A stretch of 43,027 bases of DNA from Candidatus Pacearchaeota archaeon (GTDB lineage Archaea; Nanobdellota; Nanobdellia; Pacearchaeales; GW2011-AR1): contig JAUYJY010000058.1 of the NCBI GenBank assembly GCA_030699205.1, positions 1 to 43,027 of the forward strand, given 5' to 3'. The notes under the pieces were generated by a model. The model saw nothing but the letters and a program-made list of their open reading frames with translations, was not told the origin of the DNA and did no database searches. Shown here one piece after another: positions 36,401 through 43,027 of this stretch (positions are counted from its first letter, which is position 1; the number at the start of each line of letters is the position of its first letter). A program made the position numbers and the translations under genes.

Positions 36401-37464
36401 TAATCCACACATCTCAAATCCTTACAAACATAATCTCCATAATTTGCATTGTCATCTTTTCCGCTTACAGGTTTTCCACAAATACTTCCCAATAAATATC
36501 CACAACTTCCGCAGGATTTTTGATTTCCAAAATTATTGGATATTGTTCCTAAACTACAACTCTCACTTATGGGAACAACATCATTCCAATAAACTCCTGC
36601 AAGTTTGTTAGAATCATAAATATTCCCTCTATTCCCGCAAGAATCTATAAAATAAACTTCATCCCTTCCTTCAAAGCAGTTAGTCTCCTGAGTAATTTCA
36701 CAAATAGTTTCAATTCCCTCTCCATTAATCTCTAAATCTTCCGCAGTGCATAATTTATTTTTAAAAAATTCACCCCCAGAACCTAAACAAACAGATTTTG
36801 TTGCAAACTCGCAATTATACTTTCCTTCTTCAGGGATTAATTCTAAGATACAGGCACCTTCTTCTTGAGTATTTGACAATAATAAGCACTCAAGTTCATT
36901 ATTTACACTAACCCATTCAACAGGGGTAGAACCAAATGCTCCAGAAAGATAATTGCATTGTTGTTCTGTGGTATATTGCGTTTGTCCTGCTCCGCCGTTT
37001 CCATCAGGATTTATCAAACAACAATTTCTGTTGCATATTCCATCTAAAGGATTCCAAGTTCCCCCAGAATTTTCACAAGTCAATTTAGGACTCCCATCAC
37101 TGCAAGTTCCAATTAGAGGGTCAAAACAAGTTCCTATTCGGCATTCAGCAGTATTCTCTCTTGCACTTTCAACACAACCACCGGGACAAACATTAATATC
37201 GGCACATTCCGAAGAAGGATACTCCTGACATATTGTTCCATTATTATCTTCCAAACAAGTCCATAAAAGTTCTTGTGCACTTACAATCCCCCCACTCAAC
37301 CAATCCAAAACTTTCCACCTCAAAAAACTAATAAATTTACTTTCTCCAACATTTTTAATTTCATTTTCTACAAACAAATCATTAGTTTCTCCAACAATAT
37401 ATGAAAAAGAAACAACAGACATAATTACTAAAAAAATTTCAAACAATGCTTTTCCTTTATTCAT
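33463..37464 (-). CDS. Giant exported Cys-rich protein (about 1333 aa) with central Gly/Ala-rich hydrophobic domain and C-terminal Ig-like repeats
   Basis: Start ATG 37464 MNKGKALFEIFLVIMSVVSF; dense Cys N-half; hydrophobic segment 34950-35435; TNEPAxC / CxD repeats. Confidence 0.88.
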   Translation of the reverse strand: MNKGKALFEIFLVIMSVVSFSYIVGETNDLFVENEIKNVGESKFISFLRWKVLDWLSGGIVSAQELLWTCLEDNNGTICQEYPSSECADINVCPGGCVESARENTAECRIGTCFDPLIGTCSDGSPKLTCENSGGTWNPLDGICNRNCCLINPDGNGGAGQTQYTTEQQCNYLSGAFGSTPVEWVSVNNELECLLLSNTQEEGACILELIPEEGKYNCEFATKSVCLGSGGEFFKNKLCTAEDLEINGEGIETICEITQETNCFEGRDEVYFIDSCGNRGNIYDSNKLAGVYWNDVVPISESCSLGTISNNFGNQKSCGSCGYLLGSICGKPVSGKDDNANYGDYVCKDLRCVDYQGETRKNGESWCRFDGQIGVDETSSNREGVLGNICDRYLNPTGTSGNQFINWLCPPGSNGRITSDRVCQNATMVAENPELEGWCNYEEEARENQGSNEERSVDTPGSAHYTQTCFDGEIRTESCSAVRSKVCVENKNEEIDFSSASCRANTWQVCYAANGDKNKLNKCEENTDCFLKHVDVDEFFKFDLCVPKYPPGFDKESRESSAEGLCSSLGSQTCTYIEEKFLGSWDCVANCGCAEPKFAETMNNLCMSLGDCGASVNYNGELSSDGYNVVGGNGLSDDYLNGLRKYSTPIPGQSADALSGEEILAIFGIDPVNADPSQLGALMGQIGLGSIGVATMYFVLIEGIPIAAITSGAVAGAGAVSGAATAAASGVGAAAGAGEAVVAGVPKSLGPFGSAAGGAAAGAAIAYILGTVFGLEGKSLNTLVIAGAVVGAVMGYLAFETTTFVAKGASFGAALGPFLFWTILIIVVIAVILSLLGGETREVTVDFSCLPWQPPSGGQSCEECDSDDLGCSEYKCNSLGQNCELLNEGTSEQTCVDINPNDTSPPVIDKWDDVISDGFEYKNSVINVGTEIQSVSGDGCIKEFSLIEFGISLDEPGQCKYSFEHTNTYDEMEMFFGKSNSYKENHDALLTMPSLSDLGVGGVGPDRRENYNMFVRCQDSSGNDNSAEYAIKFCVKPADDKTPAVITKFVPENPGYAGFEAENFSLTFFTNEPAECKWSPENKGYDEMENLAACSNGINQGTINGWSCLANLPVQGNETESYYFKCEDQPWLGINNTDRNKADQEKEYQIKKTLNPLVIDYIYPDDEIVYSGSAFAVIDLEIHTSGGVNNNAICEHKSSNVIHYSGFFPTGGEVHLQKGLTLPNGNYEYELKCTDSAGNVALETANFEVKVDNKGPIASRIYSSGNVLNIVTNEPAVCTYTNTNCGFSFDSGELMSGENYLHTTPFDLGLVYRIKCRDIYENVGSCLTISGGY

Positions 37465-37469
37465 TACAA

Positions 37470-38222
37470 CTAAATTCCGGCAGGAATTACACACCCCCTT
37501 ATCGCTAAATTCATTTTCTCTCCCGTTTTTTTATTTATTATACTATAAATGTTTGTCGAATCTCCAAAAAGTGTCTTCCTTATATCATAACTTGGATAAA
37601 GTGCCATAAATCCATTATTGCTAAAATGACAAAATTCAGCCTCTTGGTCTACAATCTCACTTGCAATATAAACTAAATTATAAGCATCACTCTTTACGAA
37701 AACATTAAAACTCTCAAAGTTTCTCACAACATCCCCCTTGATGATTGAAAAATCTCTATTAATTTTAGCTTCAACAATTTCAGGCCTAAAAGTAGTTTCA
37801 ACAGAAACGCCCCCTCCGGAAACTTCATAATTCTTATTTGTTAATTCATTATCAAGAGAAGCAAAACATTCTTCCACATCTTTTTTTACTTCTTCATTTA
37901 ACTCCTCTTGCAGTTTAATAATAAGTCGGGGGTATTGATTTACGCACGGCTCATAGTGCCTTATATTCTTGCAAAGATAAGCAACCTTTTCATTTTCATA
38001 AATCTTATAATCTATAGGATTAACAAAACCTCCACGAGGCAGCATTTCATCAATAACTTTTAACGTCGCCTTTTTCACACAGCCGTCAATAAAGCTTTCA
38101 GGATTATCGGAGCCCTGTCTCAAAATCTCAGGTTTTTTATCAATTAAGAAAAACAATCCAATTGCAACCACAATAACTATTGCAATTGCAACAAAAATCA
38201 TTATTTGTCCGCGATTATTCAT
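37470..38222 (-). CDS. Prepilin-like protein (class III signal peptide)
   Basis: MNNRG|QIMIFVAIAIVIVVAI; ATGA overlap with the upstream HTH gene. Confidence 0.8.
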   Translation of the reverse strand: MNNRGQIMIFVAIAIVIVVAIGLFFLIDKKPEILRQGSDNPESFIDGCVKKATLKVIDEMLPRGGFVNPIDYKIYENEKVAYLCKNIRHYEPCVNQYPRLIIKLQEELNEEVKKDVEECFASLDNELTNKNYEVSGGGVSVETTFRPEIVEAKINRDFSIIKGDVVRNFESFNVFVKSDAYNLVYIASEIVDQEAEFCHFSNNGFMALYPSYDIRKTLFGDSTNIYSIINKKTGEKMNLAIRGCVIPAGI

Positions 38223-38404
38223 TTCAAAACCCACAAATTAACCCCCTCTTTTTTTATTCTTTCAATTTTTCCATCCAAAACCAATTCAAGCAAATACTTA
38301 TCTGCAGTATTCCATGAGATTTTCAAAAACTTAGCAATTTCCGAACTGGTAACCACCCTCTTCTTTTTCACAAAATCTAATATCTTCTTATTATGAATAT
38401 TCAT
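38219..38404 (-). CDS. Small winged-HTH protein leading the cluster
   Basis: VTSSEIAKFLKISWNTADKYLLELVLDGKI. Confidence 0.8.
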   Translation of the reverse strand: MNIHNKKILDFVKKKRVVTSSEIAKFLKISWNTADKYLLELVLDGKIERIKKEGVNLWVLK

Positions 38405-38510
38405 ATGATTAATTAAATTAATATTCCTCTTTCAATTAATACCAATAATCTTATGAATATTTAATATTTAAATCTTTTTAAGAATCCTTTTCCCTTCAAA
38501 CTAATAACTC

Positions 38511-39239
38511 CTAATCGTCAGGTTCCCCTCTTGGTGCCAGAACAAAACTTAAAAGCACTTTTCCTGAAGGGAAATTGATTCTCATAGGATGGTTATCAGA
38601 AAAATTAATTTCCGCCTTGCTTGCGACCTTAGCACCTTTAATAAATTTGCTTAAATATTCAAGAGAAAACCTCGCAGAACTGCTGTCAGAAAATATCTGA
38701 ACTTCATCGCTTGAAAATTCAGTTCTTGCAGAGTTCAAATTGCTTGATTCAATAATGAACTTATTAGGTTCAGCAATAAAAGTGCATGCGTCACCAACGA
38801 CAAGACAATCTTCTATCGCATCAACAAAATCCTGTGCATCCATTTTTATCACGCTCTTAAACTCCCAGGTAGGCATCTCCTTATCCTCTCCTTCAACATC
38901 AATTAACGCCAACGTAAAATCTCTTCTAATCTTATCTTTAATATTTATTTTTAAAAGATTGTCATACCTCTGCATAGTCAAAGAACTTCCAAGCTTGCAT
39001 CTTCTCATTATAGCTTTCAAGTTTTCTAAATTAACTCCTAAAATCTCTTCCTTCTCAACTTTAAATTCCGAAAATAAATCATGGGGGATAAAAAAATAGA
39101 CCATCGCAACATTCGCAGGGTCCAAAGCAGTTAAACTCATCCCTTCAGAATTTACCCTAATCTTCACTTCGGTAACTAACTCTGAGATAACTCCAATGAG
39201 GTTGGAAAATATTCTTGGATCGTCAAGTTTCAAGTGCAT
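38511..39239 (-). CDS. pcn: PCNA sliding clamp
   Basis: ALDPANVAMV, FSLEYLSKF, FVLAPR. Confidence 0.95.
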   Translation of the reverse strand: MHLKLDDPRIFSNLIGVISELVTEVKIRVNSEGMSLTALDPANVAMVYFFIPHDLFSEFKVEKEEILGVNLENLKAIMRRCKLGSSLTMQRYDNLLKINIKDKIRRDFTLALIDVEGEDKEMPTWEFKSVIKMDAQDFVDAIEDCLVVGDACTFIAEPNKFIIESSNLNSARTEFSSDEVQIFSDSSSARFSLEYLSKFIKGAKVASKAEINFSDNHPMRINFPSGKVLLSFVLAPRGEPDD

Positions 39240-39411
39240 TATTTAATTCATACTCTCCAGCTTTTAAGGTTTGTTGTAATGAGAAATAGAATATTGGGTT
39301 GAGTTAAGAATAAAATCTGTATTTAAGGATTTATACATCATTAATCAACAATTTAAATCAACAACAAACCATATAAATCGGTCAGTCGTCCCAAAATCGG
39401 GAGGAAAATTT

Positions 39412-40989
39412 ATGTCTGAAAAAGAAAAAAGAGTCAGAGCAATAACAAAGATTTATTATTCAAATCCACAAGTCAGAGATGTTTTATTTAAATTCTCAAA
39501 AGACAGAGAGGTAGTTCCAAGTTATATGATGCAGGCCTTCGGTAAAAGGCCGGATACAATTCAATACCCTTCAGATATAATGAATCTGGTGAATAAAGGT
39601 GCGACGTCTTTTCATGCGTCTGAAGAGATATGGATTAACCCCTTGGAAATAAACTCTGATATGTCTCAAAAAGATTTAGATTTGTTAAGAAAGACATGGG
39701 ATTTATTAATAGATATAGATTCCCCCTATTTAGATTGTTCAAAAATAGCGGCAAAATTGATTATAAAAGAATTGGAAAAACAGGGAATAAAAAACTACGG
39801 GTTAAAATTCTCAGGAAGTAAGGGCTTTCACATTATCGTTCCTGGAAAGGCATTTCCGGATTATTTTCAGGAAGTTGAAACAAAGTTAATGTTCCCCGAA
39901 TGGCCAAGAGCAATTTCAGAATATCTTATGTATAAAATAAAGGCAGAATATAATAAAGAAATAACTAAATTAAACATCAATTTTGAAGCACTTCAGGAAA
40001 GAACCAAACTAACTAAAGAAGATGTTACTGAAATTCCCTGCCCCAATTGCGGAGAAAAAGCAGAAAAAAGGAACCTTGTTTTTTTAAGGTGCAACAGGTG
40101 TGAAAATTTATATCAAAAACCAAGTTATAAAATAACAAAAAGAAAATTAAGATGCAATGAAGAAACCTGTCCCGGATTTTATGAAGTTATAAACGAAGAA
40201 GAACATTTCTTTTGCGATAAATGCAAAACCAGTTCATTAAATAAAACATATAAATCAGATAAGAAAGTTACCTACACAAAAGAAGCAAGGTCCTCGCAAG
40301 AAACGGGAGAATTCAGAGAAGAAATTTCTGCAGAAAAGATAGCTTCTTTAGACCTTGTTTTGGTTGCACCAAGGCATTTATTTAGAATGCCCTACTCATT
40401 GCACGAAAAGACGGCACTTGCAAGCATCGTTTTAACAAAAGAGCAAATTTCTTCTTTTAATCCAAGAGATGCAAATCCATTAAATGTAAAAATAAAAGAA
40501 TTTTACCCTGATGCAGAAAAAGGAGAAGCGTCAGACCTCTTAGAATCTGCAGTCCTATGGAAAATGGAAAAAGACGGCAAAGAAGAGCAAAGTCTTGAGA
40601 AGAAATATTCTAATTATAAAAAAATTGATATTAAAGATGTTACTGAAGATATGTTTCCCCAGCCAATAAAGAAACTTCTTAAAGGTCTTGAAGAAGGTAA
40701 AAAACGAGGACTTTTTATTCTTCTTACTTTTCTAAAATCTCTAAATTTCTCGGCAGAATACATAAACTCAAGAGCAAGAGAATGGAATAAACTAAACTCC
40801 CCCCCATTAAAAGAAGGATACATAAAAAGTCAGATTGACTGGATTTTAAAACAAAAAAAGCAAATTCTTCCCCCAAATTATAAAAACGAAAATTTTTACA
40901 AAGACCTCAATTTAATTGAATCAGGGAAAGAACCCAAAGAAAAAAACCCAATTGTTGAAGTCCTTAGAAAAGTAAGAAAGAGAAATTAA
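39412..40989 (+). CDS. Fused PriS-PriL DNA primase with Zn-ribbon insertion
   Basis: WDLLIDID, FSGSKGFH, RHLFRMPYSLH; C-terminal PriL-like helical domain; four Cys pairs in the insert. Confidence 0.88.
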   Translation: MSEKEKRVRAITKIYYSNPQVRDVLFKFSKDREVVPSYMMQAFGKRPDTIQYPSDIMNLVNKGATSFHASEEIWINPLEINSDMSQKDLDLLRKTWDLLIDIDSPYLDCSKIAAKLIIKELEKQGIKNYGLKFSGSKGFHIIVPGKAFPDYFQEVETKLMFPEWPRAISEYLMYKIKAEYNKEITKLNINFEALQERTKLTKEDVTEIPCPNCGEKAEKRNLVFLRCNRCENLYQKPSYKITKRKLRCNEETCPGFYEVINEEEHFFCDKCKTSSLNKTYKSDKKVTYTKEARSSQETGEFREEISAEKIASLDLVLVAPRHLFRMPYSLHEKTALASIVLTKEQISSFNPRDANPLNVKIKEFYPDAEKGEASDLLESAVLWKMEKDGKEEQSLEKKYSNYKKIDIKDVTEDMFPQPIKKLLKGLEEGKKRGLFILLTFLKSLNFSAEYINSRAREWNKLNSPPLKEGYIKSQIDWILKQKKQILPPNYKNENFYKDLNLIESGKEPKEKNPIVEVLRKVRKRN

Positions 40990-41010
40990 AATAGATATTT
41001 TTTCTCACGC

Positions 41011-41058
41011 TATAGAGTAAACGCACTAATTTCCGTATATTTTTATGCGTTTTTTCAA
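41011..41058. repeat. Single tatag-initiated hairpin related to 14943-14983
   Basis: Identical 13-nt loop taatttccgtata (41027-41039 and 14958-14970) closed by different stems. Confidence 0.5.
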
Positions 41059-41164
41059 TCAAAATAACTCAAAAAAGCCACCAAGGACTTCAACTGTCAA
41101 AACCACGCGGGAAACATTTTTTAGTTTTCAGAATAAGGCGGAGTCAAGTTAAAAAATTATCAAA

Positions 41165-43027
41165 TCAACTTTTTAAATCTAGTGTAATAAATTTCCTTCC
41201 ATTTCCCTCATGCTTCTTATGGTGTTTATTTAGGAATTTTATAGTTAAATAAACTCCGGACATAAACAAAATAACCAATCCCACCCAGGTGATTGTATTC
41301 AAATTAGTTTCCGATATTGCAAGACCCGTTAAGCCGGAAGAACTTAACGAAACTTTTTTATTATATCTATTTGAATTTCTCCCATCACTAACATCAAATA
41401 CTAAATCAAAGTCCCCTATAGAATCTTTAGGCAATTCAAATTCCAATATAAAGTTTCTTTTAGCATTTCCTTCCACCTTTGCATTTGCTTCTCCTTTAAC
41501 AATTTCAGAATTCTCTGAGTTTAGAAGAATATAATTAACTAAAAATTCTCTCTCATTGATGTCAAGATTTTCAATAGAATAATCAACCTTTAATTTATTT
41601 CCATTTCTTTGAGTGCTTAAAATAACCGCATCAAAATTTCCTACAACGACCTCAAAATTAAATTCAACGCTTTTATTAGCTTCTTTACATTTAATTTCAA
41701 TATCCAAATTATATTTCTTAGCTATTGCATTCAAGGGAACATTCAATGAAAATACATAGTTTATATTCTGTCCGGGACCTATAGATTCAGATTGTTTATT
41801 TGAAATCCATTCAGAAGATTCTCCCTGCGGCAGGAGTTTGCATTCGTTTAAAAATCTCGTTCCCTTATTTGTAACTTCTAGTAAAACCGCTTCACTCTTT
41901 CCCCTTCCAATTTTAAAACTCTCAATTTCTCCAAATTCTATAGTATATATTAAAGGCAAAAATGAACTGCTTCCGCCTCCTCCGCCTCCGCCTCCTCCAC
42001 CGCCCTGCGATGGTGGAGCACTCCCGCCTGTGTCTACTTCAATACTAAAAGATGAAGATGAAATATTTGAATTGCCTGCAGAATCATTTATCTTTAAATC
42101 TAAAACATAGTTTGAGTAAGTATCTACACTAAATTCTGTAGAACTGCAATTAGTAACTACTTTATTTTTAACAACCTGTTCTCCTGAAGAAGCAAAACTC
42201 ACATTATAAACGCAATTCACAGGACTTGCATCAGTTACCGAAAAATCTAAAGGAATTCCCGCTAAATTATTATAAGTTCCCAAAGGTGCGGAAATGCTCA
42301 CCGCAGGATTTGTCACATCTACGCTAAATGTCTTATTTCCATCAAATGCACCATTTCCTAATGTGTCATTGCAATAAACATTCCACAAATAAGTCCCCTC
42401 TGTTAAATTCAAAAAGAAAGTGTCCTGCACTCCTGAAACTACATCGCTATGCGTCTCATTTAATATAAATTCTCCCGAAAAATTCCCAAATAAAGAACAG
42501 CTGTCCAAATCAATATCTGTCGCTGTATAATTAAATCCAATATTCTGTGTATATCCCAGATAGCTGTTTATTGGAGAATGCAATAAAATTGAAGGAGCAC
42601 CGATAAGAACACTAAAGTTTACTTCATCATATCCCTCAAGTCCAAGAACGCTTTCATTTGCATAAACCTCAAGAGTATAATCTCCATTTCCTGAAACATC
42701 AAAAGTCATATTCTCACAATTTACTATGCTCGCATTATTTAGTCCTTCGTCTAAAGTATACCAACAAGAATCTAAATCATCTGATTGCACACTAAAATTC
42801 AATTCCAAACTTTCATTGGTTCCAAATGTTTGCTCTTCACCAGGAAAAGCAATTTCAACTATTGGATTCACAGCAAGAATATCATAATCTATTTCTATAT
42901 TGTTTAAGTAAGGATTTAATTCAGAATCTTCACTCTCAAAATAAAAAATATATTGTAAATACTGGCTTTCAAGGTTAAGTTCTTCAAAAGAGCCAGAAAA
43001 GAATGTATCTCCCGTGCCGTCGGGTCC
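41165..43027 (-). CDS. Large surface protein with Ig-like repeats, poly-Gly linker and C-terminal TM; 5' end lies outside the window
   Basis: Frame stays open from 42871 to the window edge (GPDGTGDTFF...); G11 linker; TM then basic tail. Confidence 0.85.
   Translation of the reverse strand, partial: GPDGTGDTFFSGSFEELNLESQYLQYIFYFESEDSELNPYLNNIEIDYDILAVNPIVEIAFPGEEQTFGTNESLELNFSVQSDDLDSCWYTLDEGLNNASIVNCENMTFDVSGNGDYTLEVYANESVLGLEGYDEVNFSVLIGAPSILLHSPINSYLGYTQNIGFNYTATDIDLDSCSLFGNFSGEFILNETHSDVVSGVQDTFFLNLTEGTYLWNVYCNDTLGNGAFDGNKTFSVDVTNPAVSISAPLGTYNNLAGIPLDFSVTDASPVNCVYNVSFASSGEQVVKNKVVTNCSSTEFSVDTYSNYVLDLKINDSAGNSNISSSSFSIEVDTGGSAPPSQGGGGGGGGGGGSSSFLPLIYTIEFGEIESFKIGRGKSEAVLLEVTNKGTRFLNECKLLPQGESSEWISNKQSESIGPGQNINYVFSLNVPLNAIAKKYNLDIEIKCKEANKSVEFNFEVVVGNFDAVILSTQRNGNKLKVDYSIENLDINEREFLVNYILLNSENSEIVKGEANAKVEGNAKRNFILEFELPKDSIGDFDLVFDVSDGRNSNRYNKKVSLSSSGLTGLAISETNLNTITWVGLVILFMSGVYLTIKFLNKHHKKHEGNGRKFITLDLKS

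Noticed and set aside
20745..38404. Provirus or archaellum operon
   Set aside because: No capsid, terminase, integrase or FlaH/I/J-like genes; flanked by core S-layer and PCNA genes
41972..42004. ccgcctcct microsatellite
   Set aside because: Simply encodes the poly-Gly linker of the surface protein, with mixed codons

Overview
Chromosomal segment of a low-GC DPANN-type archaeon, most like Pacearchaeota (inferred from an archaeosortase with an IPACIAGSAYY motif, a fused PriS-PriL primase, a Methanococcus-type S-layer protein, and TATA boxes about 25 nt upstream of many ATGs). Bases 1-9.5 kb are a housekeeping block: site-2 protease, eL40, aIF5A, SlyD, FtsZ, SecE, Spt5, uL11, tRNA-Pro, eL43, Rpo12, prefoldin beta, SepF. 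Bases 9.5-20 kb hold envelope genes plus two accessory enzymes (a Zn deaminase and a 2H phosphoesterase) next to attC-like imperfect palindromes. Bases 20.7-38.4 kb are an 18-kb minus-strand cluster of six prepilin-like (K/R-G|Q) proteins and three large Cys-rich exported proteins; one is full length and two are its N- and C-terminal halves. A 4.5-kb island between the halves carries HEPN/MNT pairs and an ATPase-nuclease, separated by repeated copies of the downstream gene's promoter and signal-peptide segment. PCNA, the primase and a truncated surface protein end the window. The clearest non-coding signal is a family of 93-95-bp TA-flanked twin-hairpin elements: six copies of one sequence, a sequence-divergent variant with covarying stems and complementary loops, and a nested insertion showing a TA duplication. 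No transposase, integrase, cas gene or CRISPR array is visible. All calls come from motif reading only; no searches were run.
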